From positions 77,624,001 through 77,688,000 of the forward strand of contig OX597816.1 of the NCBI GenBank assembly GCA_951406725.2: 64,000 nt of DNA, read 5' to 3'. Of the stretch, positions 1-14,200 are shown piece after piece (the stretch's first letter is position 1; each line of letters begins with the position of its first letter). The DNA is from Octopus vulgaris. Taxonomy: Eukaryota. The notes under the pieces are model-generated. The model saw only the letters and a list, made by a program, of their open reading frames with translations, had not been told where the DNA came from and made no database searches. Made by a program: the position numbers and the translations under genes.

Positions 1-763
1 TTGCTATCTCCCTATCTACCCTTCCCACTTTGCCTGTCTCTACCTCAACACACAATCTCCTTGATAAGATCAAGGTGGTTTGAGATTTCTAGACTATTTA
101 TCATTAACCTCCTTTTATAGGTTTTTTTTTTTGTAAATACAGATGAAGAGATTGATCTCTTTACCTGTATTTTATTTTTCATGTACTCTATTTGAATACA
201 TAAAGCATATTTCTTAACTGAGTTTGAACACACAACCTTTATATTATCTAAGTCAGTTTCAATCCACACAATTACCGTGTTAAGGCATTAGGAGAAAAGG
301 CTATTGTGAAACTTGCTGCAACCTAACAGTCACTTATGTGTGTGTTTGTATGTGTGTTTGTGTGTTATATCTGTAACCAGAACAACTGCATTAATAAAGG
401 TCAGTGAAATATTCTCACAGACTCGACTAACACACTGAGTCTTCATACATTCTTGATCTTTTTCTCGCCTCCAAATCTTACCCTGGCCATCTCGTCTCCA
501 TTAGATCATCTGACTATCATCTAATTAACACAAAACAATTCTTACTACACAATAACCCCTTCCTCAAAATCTGCTGGTACTTTAAGTCATGTAACTGGTC
601 ACTGCTTCATAAAGTCCTAGTCTGGCTCTTCTTTACTGAAATGTGTTTCACTTCAAACACTTCCATGGCAACAAAAGTGGTGACAAATCACATTTTCTCC
701 ACATTCTTTATGTAACCAAAGCTCACAACTTCAATATACTCCTGTAATTATGACCCATCATCT

Positions 764-971
764 TTAAACCTTTAGCATTTAAACTGGCCACATCCAGCCC
801 AAATATTCCACCTGTTTTATGTTCAAACTGGTCAGGTCCAGCCTGTCATTCTAAAAAAGAAACTATCACATCTTTGAAATCTCAAAGTTACAAGATAATG
901 TATGATTAATTCAAAACACTGAGGACAAATAATTGTTACATTTGACAGTTATCTGAATGCTAAAGGGTTGA
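764..971 (-). mobile_element. piggyBac-like MITE, copy 1
   Basis: ttaa(a)cctttagcatt ... aatgctaaaggg ttga terminal inverted repeats; internal similarity to three other copies. Confidence 0.75.
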
Positions 972-3900
972 AGAGGTTTGTTCTGCAGAGATTAGGGGTC
1001 CATGTAGGACTGGTGTAGTCCATGATGGATCTAACGTATTGTTAGTAAACCTCTGTTACTTCTTTCTTTTGGTCAAATATATTACCTGAAGTTGCTCTGG
1101 GTGTCATTGTGTGTTATTTTGCTTTCTTTACTGTGTCTTCTCTGTATAATGAAATTCTGCTATTTTGGTCCTCTATGTGTAGTGTATTTATATTGTCAAA
1201 TGCAATGGTCAGTTGTATTTGATGTTCTTTGGTGTTGCTAGTAAGAACAGAAATATTAGTTTTTGTAGTTACTTTTTAAACCCTGTTGCTGTGGGACCAG
1301 ATTTTCAAGTGATTTATGTATAGTTGGTGTAGTTGTGCTGGAATATCTAGAAAATGACAGCAGGCTGTGTCTTTTTTTTTTTTGTATCTATGTATGAGGC
1401 CATCTGTATATTTTCTGGAGGTATGAGAAGGTTGTGTAGATATAGGTTGTGAGAGGACAGATTCCTGGGGTATTTTATTTGAGAAATTTCAGGTTCTGGA
1501 AGTATTGTTCTTATGCTCCCCATAGGGTTGGTTACCTGAAAATTGGTTTGCTTGCCAGCATGTCATGTTTTTTGAAATCTTTTTCACACCAAGCCATCTG
1601 AGACTGCCCTTGTTTCTATGATACAAACTGTTTGTTTTAAAGTGAACATTAAAACCTTCCCTCAAAATTTCATTTTAATTTATGAACCAGACGCCAACTG
1701 AATAATAACAGAAGTTGTATTTTCTTTTTTTTAATTTTACATTATTTTTCAAAATTAATTGAAACAGTAATATAATAAACTAAAGGGTTAAAGTGGTGTT
1801 CAGCATTTCTTTTGTATGAGTAGATAGTAGTAGATGACTTTGCTGATCTCAAAGGTGTATTTACTCTGGTATAGGTGAGAGATTTTTGAGTTGTTGAAGC
1901 TATCTATTTTTTCTTTGTTTGTTAGTATCCTGGTCTTTCAGTTTAATATTTTTGGTCTTATTGTACATGTGGTGTGTGAGTGTGGTTTGTGTATGAACTG
2001 TAGCACACCATTTTGTGTTGTGACTTAGAGTGGGGAGATGTGTCAGAAATGTCAAGGATTAAACCTTTCTAGTAGTTCTGAGAGTTCATAAGAAGATGAT
2101 GTGTATAATGTTATTTGTCTTGCTTCTAGATTTTTGTTGGGCATTAGTTGACAGTATTGGTAAGAGTAGTTCTGGATGTTGTTGGGTGATTTCTCCAGTT
2201 TCTAGGTGTTTTTATCTGTATGTTTGTGGTTTGTCTAGTTTCAAGGCTTCAAATTTCTCTTGTTTTAGAAAGGAGTTTAAATCATTGTATAGGTAGAAGG
2301 TCAGTTCATTTTGTATTCTTTCCTCTTGGTAGAAATTTTGGTAGCTGACATTCAAGAAATGTTTGATAAGGGTGTATATTTAGTTCTGCAATTTTTCAGT
2401 GTGGTATATTATTTGAATGTATTATTGTGACTCTTAGTGTAATGTAATTATTATTGTTCATTATACTAGTAATTTACTCTGTATCATATTTTACTGTTAA
2501 TTTGTGAATTAAGTGAGATACAAATGTATACCAGTTAACTGTTCTTTTGTGGATTATTTATTTCTTATATTTCAGTTGCATGTTGTTTTGGTGTATTAGG
2601 TTTGAAGTTCTCTTCAGTTTTTATAAAATTGGCTATATCTTGTGTGTATTTAGGAATTTTTGGATATATTCTTTTGGTGCATGTATGATTATTTGGTTGA
2701 ATGTATGAACTTTAGTGATTGTGGTGGTGTTAAATTCTGAAAAACTTGATTCCATTTCTTGGAAATTGTTCCATTAGGTTTTTTTTTAAAGAGTTTGTAA
2801 AACTGTTTTTGTGGCACACTTGCCCATTGATGTGCAAGTATGTTGTTTGTGGTGATAATTGGTTGTTGATTAGAGGAAAAATGGAGAATTGTTTGCAATG
2901 TGGTTGTGATAGCCAGATATGTAGAAAGTAATGTATGGATAAGAGTTGGTCAACTTGGTTTGGTAAGGTATGTGTTGGCATTTGATTATTTAATATATCA
3001 GGAGAGTAGAGTTGTGATGCTATTTATATGTCTTTTGTTATCTGTAGCATTCAAAATCTAGGCATCAAATGCATTAAAAATTTTCCTTAATGATTGAGAA
3101 AATGATAAAGGTTTCTGGTGTGTACCTAGTGGTTTGGTTGGTGTGACAGGTTGTGTTGTATATATATATTCCTGTTTATTGTACTAACAGGCTTCATGTT
3201 ACTTCTGTTTTCGAAAACACGCATTTGTAGTGTATTAGTTGTTTGCAAATGCTGTATATATTGTATGCAAGTTTTTTATGTATGTTATGGACCATCCCCT
3301 ATTGTGAAAGGGTCTGCCTAGTCTGATTTGAGTATAATCTAGAATGGTGAGTGTTCTCTGTCCTTGTAGTAAGAATGTTTTTTGATTTATTGCTTCATGA
3401 ATGATGATAAAATCTTAATTCCATAAAATTATTTCTAAAGCTGTTAATGTTGTATTGCAGAGTTTTTCAATATTTTCTTTTTGTCTGTCATATTTAGAAA
3501 GTCCATATGTTTTCTGTGTGGACTTATGATGTTGGAAACAGAGAGAACAATGCTATTTCCCATGTTTACACTTGTCATTGCTGTCAGCATTATCATTTTT
3601 TGTTTTATTTTCTGCAAAGTTAGCTATTTTTCTGGATTATTTATAATGGTTGTTGCTTGGTGGTGTTTGATTATTTGAAGACTTTGTATTACACCATAGT
3701 AAATGTTTTCAACCATGCTTTATACAGTTTCAATGTTAACTAACCATTCTCACTCTCTGATGGTATTTGTACAAGTGAGAAATATTTTCATATGTTAAGT
3801 ACACATTATTTGATTTGCATTTTAATCAAGACATTCCTGCCGTATTACAAAATTCTAGATATCTAACAGTAGAGTTTGATTTGAAAAATACTTAGTTTTT

Positions 3901-5231
3901 TTGCAAAACAAGCAGCCATATAGAAGATTTGTAGCCCTTTTTCTTACAGATGTTAACCTCCAGAAATTCATGCTGAACATCTATCGCATCAGTCTCACCC
4001 TCTTAGGAAGTACTACAAGGACCATAACTTCTGTATGATTTAGTATGCTGCCAGCACCCAATTGTGATCAGCTTCCAGTACTATTGAATTTCTGTAACTC
4101 TATAATCTAACCACATATTGAGTTCTTTGAATGAGGGAAGTAGAGGTTGGAGGTGGAAGTATTTTCAAGGCAACAGTAGTGGTATTTTTGATGACTTATC
4201 AAAAACAAGTTAAATACTAGCAGGAAAATATGTTGTCATTATCATCATCATTCATCATCATGTTTTTCATGCTGGCATGAGTTGAGCATCATGGGTTATT
4301 ATTTTCAGTTCTTTTTTTCTTCTTCAAATCTAGCTTAGTTGTAAAATACTTTGTTGTTTTGAAGATATATCAAATGGAAGAAGTATTAAGATGTTAGATT
4401 TAGATTCTGGTTCTAGTCATGAAATCAAAGTCAGGCTGAGTCAGCAGTGGAATGTCAATTTCCTTTAATAGTTCTCTGTATTTCAGATGTGTCTTAAAAC
4501 AAATCATACTAAATCATTAAAAGCAAAGATGAAAATCCTATGACTAAATTCTTGAAAGAAAAAAAAAAAAAAAAAAAAAAAAAAAACCAAGATGAAGATT
4601 ATTTTGATGTGTTTTAAAGGCTGGTGGCAAAGAAAGAAAGGAAGAAAAAAAAATCCTCACTATTGTAATTATTTTGTCTTGAACTAGTTTTGTTAGCATT
4701 TTCATTCATGAGTATCAAGTTTAAAGTGTTCCCAAGGAAGTTAAGCTGGCATGGAAATACAAAGAAAATAATGGAGGCTTTGTGAATGGTAGACCCTAAC
4801 CTCAACTGAAACAAACATACAAAGTTTGAAAGGCTTATTTAAGAGAACTAAAACTGACTTGTTAAATGGGTTGAATGTTCCCTTTTAATTTCCTTTTGTT
4901 CTTCAAACTTTTATGTATTTTGTTAGAGTTGAAAAAAGAAAAAAAAAACTCCAAAACCTGCTCTTTCTTTAGATTTTATGCTCATTCTTTCATAGATTTT
5001 TATGGCTGAATATATCACAAGCCCATTTAAAATACTGATATAAAAATATTTTTAAGTGAAAACCCAATAACAAGTTGTTAGAGACCCACTGTTTTGTGAT
5101 ATTAATCACCTACATTACAGGTAGTGCCTAGATTGGGTTTCTCAGTGCTAACCTATCATGTGTAGACATGTCTGTTAAAAAAAAAAAAAAAAAAGACAAA
5201 GCAAAAAATCTCTGTATCATGGTCTCCTCAC

Positions 5232-5461
5232 TTAACCCTTCAGCATTCAGACTACTCTGTCAAATGTAATACTTGTTATTTATTTACTTTGCTTTGAATT
5301 AATCATGCATTAGCTCATATCTTCAAGATCTCAGTGATGTGACTTTATATTTTAAAATGACATTATAGGGTAGACGTGAAAGGTTGCATCTGGCCAGTTT
5401 GAACATGAAACTAGTAGGACATTTGAGCCAGATATGGCCAGTTTAAATGCTAAAGGATTAA
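5232..5461 (+). mobile_element. piggyBac-like MITE, copy 2
   Basis: ttaa cccttcagcatt ... aatgctaaagga ttaa. Confidence 0.8.
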
Positions 5462-5919
5462 AGTGTGTGCATATGGGGCTTGGCTAAAATGCACAGCATG
5501 TTACTTTTAAGATCAATATTTGTCATTAAACTATTTGACTTATTAAGGACAGAAAGCGTACACAGGTGGTTTTTTTTGGTATGAGTAACTAAAGTCCATG
5601 AATGTGAAATGCTAGAAATGAGACTTCATCAGAAATAACCATTAATTGTGATAGCTTAGCCCTAGGTCAGTGTTGACCAAGTAGATTTATGATCAAATAT
5701 GTTCTATCTGCAATCATCACATCTTTTTTTCAGACTTTACATTCATAGCTACATTATGCAGTCTGCTATCATTAGTAGGTGGAGTTACCACACACAGGAT
5801 TCCTTGTTGCTTTGCTAATTATTACTGAGAATGATACCAACTGCTCTGTGTGTGTACATTATATAAAAGTGGTTATTGAGAAAGGGAAGGATAAAATATA
5901 AAGTTGATGAGGTTATGTA

Positions 5920-6212
5920 GGGGTGGCCAGGGCTATCCATGTTATATGAGGAATATGGGTGGAAGTAAAGGATAAGAGGACATAAAAGGGAATATGGAAT
6001 TAACATTGGAACTCCTTCCCTCTGTGTCAGCCCCAAACCCTCAGACTGGCAACTATCCATGCCAACACAATGAAATGCAGGCCCACTGAGATTGTAGAGA
6101 TAAGATAGAAGGGATCCTCAGCCAAACTCTTCATAGGGGCAAAAAACAGCAATTTAGATTATTCAGTAAGATTGGTTGGGGTAGGCATACTATTAGCTGA
6201 GAAATGGATAAA
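5920..6212 (+). mobile_element. Decayed RTE endonuclease N-terminal fragment
   Basis: Translates to TLRLATI..NTMK...EIVE and GVGILLAEKWI, typical of the RTE APE domain start. Confidence 0.6.
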
Positions 6213-6357
6213 GAATGTGTGTGTGGTTACATGGTTGAGATATTCGCTTTTCTACCATGTAGTTTCTAGTTCAATTTCAACCATATGGCACTTAGGACCA
6301 GTGTCTTCTGCCAAATCCTTGTGGGTGATTTGGTGGACAGAATCCAAAAGAAGACAA

Positions 6358-7137
6358 TCATCATCATCATTTAACATTGTCTTCCATACTGACGTGGATT
6401 AGATGACTTGACTGGGGCTAGTAAGCCTGAGAGCTGCACCAGACTCTAGTCACCTACTTTGGCTTGATTTCTATGGTTGGATGCCCTTCCTAATGTCAAC
6501 CACTTGCCAAAGTGTGCTGGGTGTCTCTTTGTGTCACCAGTACAAGTCCCTTTTATGTGTCACCAGCATGGGTGCCTTTTATGTGTCACTGACATTGGTC
6601 ATGACTACAATTTCACTTACCTTGACATTTCTTAATAACAGCAAATTGCTAGATATCTTGGTCACCTGTCATCACCTACATGAAATCCAACAACTGAAGA
6701 TAATATTTCAGCACCTCATCACATCTTCCTGGGTCTATCCTTTCTGCAGGTTCTCTCCACAATTAGAGATCAACATTTATTTATGCAGATGTCCTCATCC
6801 ATATGCATCATATGACCCAACCAGTGCAGTCTTCTCTCTTGCACACTACATCTGATGCCTCTTACACCCAATTTTTCTCTTGAAACACACTCTGTCGTAC
6901 ATTCACACTGACATTTTACATCCAGTGAAGCATGCTAGTTTCATTTCTTTCAAGCTTTTGCATGTCCTCTACAGTCACAGCCCATGTTTCACTGCCATGT
7001 AGCATGACACTTCGTACACAAGCATCATACAATTTGCCTTTTACTCTGGAGGTGGGGCCCTTTGTTATTACCAAAGACAGAAGCTTGCTGAACTTTGCCC
7101 AGCTCACTCTTATTCTAGCAGCTACATTTTCAGAGTA
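6358..7137 (-). mobile_element. Decayed RTE LINE 3' fragment (ORF C-terminus, UTR and tail)
   Basis: WAKF..VKGKLYDACVRSVMLHGSETWAVT matches copies A and B; (CAT)n tail at 6358. Confidence 0.9.
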
Positions 7138-7231
7138 TCATTAGTTACAAAACACGTCGTATTGTTTTAATCTTCAAATGATGTAACCCCACTAGTGTAT
7201 GTATGTACATTTATATATACACATGTATATG

Positions 7232-7379
7232 TAGGTGTGGTTAGATGTTTGCTTCCCAATCACATGGATTTGAGTTCAGTCTCACTGTGTGGCACCTTGG
7301 GCAAGTGTCTTCAACTATAGCCCCATGCTGACCAAAGAATTGTGAGTGGGTTTGGTAGATTGAAACTAAAAGAAGACTG

Positions 7380-7422
<43 letters not shown>

Positions 7423-7617
7423 CTTGCCTTGACATCATGTGATAGCTGGAAAATGATTGTCAGTCATGTTTGGCCATGTGGAAATACTGCCTTGCTTGGA
7501 AATATATGATTATTGACAACATGAAGGGTATCTCGCCATAGAAAACCTATCTCAATAAGCTCCATCCCACCCATGCAAGCATGGAAAAGTGGACATTAAA
7601 ATGATGATGAAGATGAA

Positions 7618-7635
<18 letters not shown>
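7232..7635 (+). mobile_element. SINE head + (TG)n + RTE-derived 3' tail
   Basis: Head matches the 40895 family; ends ccatgcaagcatggaaaagtggacattaaaatgatgatg. Confidence 0.75.
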
Positions 7636-7650
<15 letters not shown>

Positions 7651-8393
7651 GGCGGTGGCGCGCATATTTAAATATATTAATAAATATAAATGTAAGCTGA
7701 CTTTTTAATGAGTTTTAAATACTGCATAAGTAGATGGTGCAGATGACCAAATACCTGTTGCATAATGAATTTGATTTTTTTCCTCTACCCCATCCTTACT
7801 CTATTATTCTCTGTTATGCCTTTGCAACAACCATTTTCACTACAAACTGGGTCAGTTAACAGCTGCCACTTCTTGTGATCCTTTAAGAAAATTGAATGAT
7901 TTCATTTTTTTTCCTTATTCTTATTGTTAACTATTCCTGCTGTCTATTACCTATGTCAGTCTGACATGATGTATGGTTTATATTGTATACACAATATGGA
8001 ATTCCTACCTACTCCTTGGTGAAGTTCTGTAATTTTCTCTGCTGACAAAAAGTTTTTGTTTGCTAGGTTTTGAGTCTCTTGAACTGAGCCCTGCTTCCTT
8101 GTTAGGACCTTTTCTTCTACTTCTGTTGATTCACCAGGGATAGATGTGTTTAAAATCTTAGCTCTGGTGTACATTTACTTCTGTAAAGTTTTCATTAAAC
8201 TCATTAGTAATTCTCACTAGGATGTTAAATGATGGTGATGATGATGTCTGCCTCTCCTCCTCTCTATTCCTGACTATTCAGCCCTTCCCTTCCTCTGTGT
8301 GTGTGTGTGTGTGTGTATTGCTATATGGAACCTTGGGCAATATTGCCATCTACAATATTGTCTCAGGCCTTCAAAAGCCTAGTGAGTGGATTT

Positions 8394-8670
8394 ATTTATT
8401 ATTTATGTGCCCTTTTCAAGCCTAGCCAGGCTCATGGACCCGGTTTCTCGGTTTCTGTGGCGTATGTGCTCCCTCCAGCTGGATGGGACACCAGTCCATC
8501 ACAGCGTTACACAAGAAACAAGAAGAGAGAGTGAGAGAAAGTTGGGGCAAAAGAGTACAACAGGGGTCGCCACCACCCCTTGCCGGAGCCTCGTGGAACT
8601 TTTAGGTGTTTTCGCTCAATAAACATACGCAACGCCCGGTCTGGGAATCGAAACCGTGATCCTCCGACCG
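8394..8670 (-). mobile_element. V-SINE-like element, 5'-truncated, inserted in another SINE with a 15-bp TSD
   Basis: TSD ctagtgagtggattt at 8379-8393 and 8671-8685; gatggactggtgtcccatccag segment shared with 28365-28385. Confidence 0.8.
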
Positions 8671-10047
8671 CTAGTGAGTGGATTTGGTAGATAGAAACTA
8701 TGTATATGTACACACACACACACACCTCTGTCTTTTTATCTACTTGTGTGTGTATATACATGTGCATATGTGTTAACAATCACAGGATCATTGTAAACCA
8801 GTGTCCATCTTGCAAGTGGTGTTATTCATTTCTAATTTTTTTATGAAAGCCTGTCCAGCTATTGGAAAATAGTATCTTGCTTAGAAATAGGTGGAAGCTA
8901 GCAATCAGGAAAGGTAGCCAGCTGTAGAAAATCTGCCTTAACCAATTCTCTGACCTGTGCAAGAATGAAAATGTAGGCCTAAAACAATGGTAGTGGTGGT
9001 GGCGGTGGTGGTGGTACTGCTGCTGCTGTCACCACCACCACTGCCTTCTTTTGACATTATATGATAGTTTTAAAGAGTGCCATTGTCATGTAAGCAGTCT
9101 CATTTGTTTTCAGTCTTCCATGAAAATATATCTGGCCATGAAGAAATATTACTTTCTTGGAGAAAAAGGCGAGGGTTTGCATGACAGGAAGGGCATCTGG
9201 TCATAAAAAATCTTGCTCAACAAATTCCATCTGGCCTATGCGAGCATGGGAAAGTGGATGCTAAAACAATGATTAGGAGAGAAGGAGAGGTAGAGTTGAG
9301 TATACTGACCAACATTGGGAGATAATTAAAAATAACGAAAACTACCTCTACCGTTCCTCTCCTCTTTATCAATATTGGAGAGCTAAAAAATAGAAAAATA
9401 AAAGACTCCTTGTGTGATTTGGTGAGGATAAGCTGTTAATAAAGCAAGCCAACTTCATTGAACAAAGAACACAGTCCTTGCAACAAGTAGATTTAGTTAG
9501 TCGCTCATTTGCTTTTTCATAAATTAATTAAGAGACAAGTGTCATGACATTTGACAATATTGATGTTCAGTTTGAAGAAAGTTAGACCTTGGAAGGATTT
9601 CCTGAGATTTATGATTCTGGTGAGGAAGAAAAAATGGAAAAGGTGTTTTGTGCAGAGTCTAGGGCAGGGAGGATGTAACGTGTCTAACAACAGATGATAC
9701 TGAAAAGAGAAGCAGCACATTTTTGAGCTAGAGTTTAAAAATGTGTTGGTAATTGAATCTTGCCTATTAATCAAATTGCCCTTTAGAATGCTATCTATGT
9801 GCAACAACAATATATGCAGTTTTCCTGAGTGGGTCTTAATAGAGATAATATAGAGAGTCAGCAAGATTGAAATAGTCTGTGGTCCTAAAGAGAACTTTCT
9901 GGCTCTAAAATTCTAAAAGATTAAATTCTCAGATCTATTTTTTCAATGTGTTCTTTTCAAGTATCATTATTTACAAAATTTAAATAATTAAAGAAAAAGA
10001 AATTAACTGCACAAATGATTTGTGTATTTTCTTTTCTTTTTATGTAG

Positions 10048-10506
10048 GAGAAAAATCCATTTTTAGAACACTTGCATCAGTTTGACCAAGTCCTGTCATG
10101 TGATGACGTGAAAGAAGCTTTACAACAAACACGAGTGCCATCTTTAGGCCTGGATGGTAGTGGCGCTATGTCTGCTGTTGTCTATGCTATAGATGACGGC
10201 CGTAGCAATGTGGACACCAACTTGATTTTGTTCTCCCAGCACCAAAGTAACATTGGCATTGCTGATGGTGATCTTGGTTATGGAGAGGAGGCAGGGAACA
10301 AACCAAACAATGACAGCCCTGCAGCAGCTGTGGGGAGTGTTAACAGCAACAGCAACAATAACAATGATGACAGCCACAGTGCTACCAACAAGGTGGAACT
10401 ATTTGCAGATGATCAGAGCATGAACCTTCAACACCTTGATGCACTATCTGGCCATACTTCACCAGAAATTAACCAAATCTATGATCCTTGCATCAGTAGT
10501 AGCAGG
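10048..10506 (+). CDS. DIDO1: Exon 1 in window (EKNPFLEHLHQF...SSSR); either preceded by an upstream exon or initiated at an internal ATG near 10168
   Basis: Pyrimidine tract plus tag acceptor at 10045-10047, donor gtgagt at 10507, 459 nt open frame, phase 0 match to exon 2. Confidence 0.7.
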
Positions 10507-11175
10507 GTGAGTCACTTAGCATTACTGTCATAATTTAGTGCTATTCTTTTCATTGATGTCACAGAAGTGCATATTGTGTTTTAACTCCTTTAAATTTCAT
10601 CATTTAGTTATTGTTGCATTTTTTTTTGTTTTCTATTCATATTTTTTAAAGAAAATTAATCAGTTAATTTGATCATCACCTCCATCATCATTTCTCTATG
10701 TTAGTACAGATTAAATTAATTTGTATTAATTTGTGAGATTAAGTATTGGATCAAGTATGTTATACAGTTTGAGATTGGCATTCACATTTGCTATATTTCC
10801 TAAGATAGAAATACAAAGAAAACTGCGGTCCAATACAAAGAAAACTGAGTCGAACAGTATGTTATACACTGCCAAGAAATACAGTGCAATGGCTACTGTG
10901 TGATTTGAACTCCAGATGTAAATTTTACTGTCACTTATATTTTTTCTTTGCCTGTCAACATCTTTTCAAATATTTTACTTTCACCTTTCCATTACTGACT
11001 CACCAAATGTGAGGAATTGTATAGGTATAGGCATGGCTGTGTGGTTGGGAAGTTTGTTCCTAACCATATAGATCTGCATTCAGTTCCACCATGAGGTACT
11101 TCAGGCATCTACTATAATCCAGGGCTGACCAAAACCTTGTGAATGGATTTGATAGATGGAAATTGAAAAGACCTA

Positions 11176-11211
<36 letters not shown>

Positions 11212-14200
11212 GTGCGTGCATGCATGCATGCACATATATACATTGTGTGTGTGCATGCATGTGCATACATACATTGTGTGTGTGCGTGCATGCTCACACA
11301 TATGCATGTGTATATACACCTGTCTTGACATCAGGTGAGGGTTGGTAACAGGAAGGACACCCAACTGTAGAAAACCTGCCTCAACAAATTCCATCTTGCC
11401 CATGCAAGCATGGAAAAGTGTACTTTAAATAATGAGGATGTATGTTACATAGTTGTTGCTGATAGTGAGGATCATGTTACTTGAAATGACTCACCCGGGG
11501 ATTGAAGGATTAACATTCTTGGAACTCACTGACATTTACACTCATCAGTAAATGATCTGTTAACACCACGTCTATCTTTTGCAATGACACTCGCTTCTTC
11601 CGGTTGCCCTACACTATCCCACTTTTTCTCTCTCTCTGCTCTTCCACTTTTCTGAATGTATGCCATTCTATCCATCACATATGCATATCTAATCTTATAT
11701 GTTATGTATTATTGTCAGTAAGTAAATTAGCAGTGTGCAAGGTCCCCAATTACACCAGTGATATATAAAATTGTCCTCTCCTTGAATCTGGGTCTTTGTA
11801 GGATTACCAAAAGGTCTATGTTATGTTTCAAAGTATAATATCAAAGAAAAACTGCTAAAGCTTTGATTGTAATATTTCTCTATATACAGTCCAGACAGTG
11901 ACAGTAATTGTGGGTCTCAATGTTCGTTTCTTAATTCATGGCAAAACAGATTGAGTTAATGTGGAGAGTTTGTTACAGAGGACTGCTCCACACTATTTTC
12001 GAAAATGCTTACTACTGCTATTCTAGGTCCTTTCTCTTATGGCAATGGCATTATGGCTGGCGGTATTTGATTTTCAAGAAGCTATGTGCTTCTCTTTTGG
12101 TTGGATTAAAATTCTATCTTTATTTTAATGTAATCACGTCCATGATGTCACACTCCCATTCAGTCTTAGAAATATATTATCTAGATTGTTAGAGAATATA
12201 ATATGTTAAGGATTATTTATATAGTCAGGAAAAAACAAACAAACAAAAAATTACCTGTAAAAGAACAACAAAAAGCCTGAAATGAAAGTGAAATGTAGTT
12301 ATTTAAACCATAGGATGTGTGAGGTGACTGATTATATTAATGATATATTGCTTTCAATTTTAATGACATGTGTGAATATTTGAATTTTGATTGCTTAAAA
12401 TAGAGGCCTTATTGTATGGTGAACATTTAAATTACATTTTGTTGGTAACCCAAGATGCCAATAATAAGCATAATGTAAGCAAGTATGACAACCATAGTTA
12501 CTAATAGCATGCTAATATTGGTTTACTTCTTTGTTCAATTTCATTTAGATTTACTAACAATTAATCTTTCTCTTTGTAGGATGATTTCAGGGGTCTGGCT
12601 TCTGTTGCTGTTACTGATCATGCATATGCTATCCCAGCTAACCGAGAACCAAGGGATCCATCATATCCTTTAATGAGCAGTAAAAGTGTTCAAACTCCAT
12701 TTGAACAGTCTGACTATGAGCAGTTATGTATCTCCAATCAGGAGGAGGAAGATGCTTCCACGAACCTCTCTGATGTTGCTGCTGTTCAGTCCAGTCCTGT
12801 GAAAGAGAATGATATTGATGATGATACAAATAACAAACCAAAGAGACGTCAACCTCAGCAGCAACAGAAAAAGAGCAGTCCTGTTGTTACTCCAACAAAC
12901 ATTCGGTAAATTTCCATTTGTTGAACTTTTGGTTTGTAATGTTCTCTTTATTTTTCTATTTGAACATGATATACTTGCAAACTTGGACATTTGTGGTAGT
13001 CTTTCCAAAAATAGTTTTAAAACATTTTGATGCTCCTTATTTTGCTCATCACTCAACTGTGAAATTGGACTAGAATTCATTTGATATTGTATAGTTAAAC
13101 TAACTTCAGTAGATATGTGCCTTTATAAGAACATAACACAACAGATGCCATATAATTGGACTTATAATCACGTATGATCAGTATTATTGTTAATCTTCAT
13201 TAAACCATTTCCTGGATGCCCAATAAATAAATGAAAACTTCAGATAAGATGAGGTGGAATCATTATCATATTGTTTTGCAGCTAGGATTATTGTGTGTAC
13301 TGTTCTAAATCAAAATCTGTGGGACTGTAGGCAGATACTGTTATCTTGGCACCCAAAGTGTAAAAGGTAATAATTTACGTGGACCAAGATTGTTACATGA
13401 AAAAAAAAAAAAAAAAAAAAAGTATAAGTGTTACAACTTGTACATTTAATTCCCTGTAGTATCTGCCATTATATCTGTTGAGGGAATATAAGTCTTTCAA
13501 AAAGTCAAGTGTGTGGGCTTTGATGTAGTCAAGAAATTTACTTTGCAATCATATCTTGCCAAGATTGGTCCCATTAAATATCAACTAAAGTGTTTTCTAC
13601 TGTGGTCTTGGTCTGACCTGATCCTTGTGAATGAAATAGGGTAGGTGGAAACTGTGTGGAAGCCTATCTGATAGAGTGCACTTAGTCTTAAATTTGTAGA
13701 CTTAATCTATCACCCAGTTCAACTCCACACTTTGTTTCTTGGGTGTCTTTACTGGAATCCAGTCTGTTGTAAGCAATCACACTAGATGTCTAGTCTAAGA
13801 ATAGATCAATAGCTTGATGCCTAGCTTTTGACTGCAGTTATCCTTAGGTCATTGTTTCTTCCATCTTTTATATCACAATTCTCAGAAACCCTGTATATTT
13901 CCTCCTGCAATTATGCCACATAAAAGCAAAATAGATTGGGACCACTTCACTTTTATCCTTATATCTTGGTGGGAAAGTAACTCTGAATATCATCTATACC
14001 TCTAAATTGAAATAATAGCCATGAACAACAAAGCTGTGCCTTGCTTTTTTTTTTTTTTTTTCTTTGAAAAATCTCTGGTTTTATGTTTATGTAAGATACC
14101 TAGGGATGTAAACTTGGCAGCTGAAATTTAAAAAATAATTTTAAAAAATGGAAAAACTGAAATATATCGAATCAAATTTGAATTCTAAGTTTTCATTTAA

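Noticed and set aside
11060-11403. Overlapping His/Thr or Cys/Val ORFs (also near 7241, 31228, 58288 and 59113)
   Set aside because: Translations of (TG)n/(CA)n microsatellites
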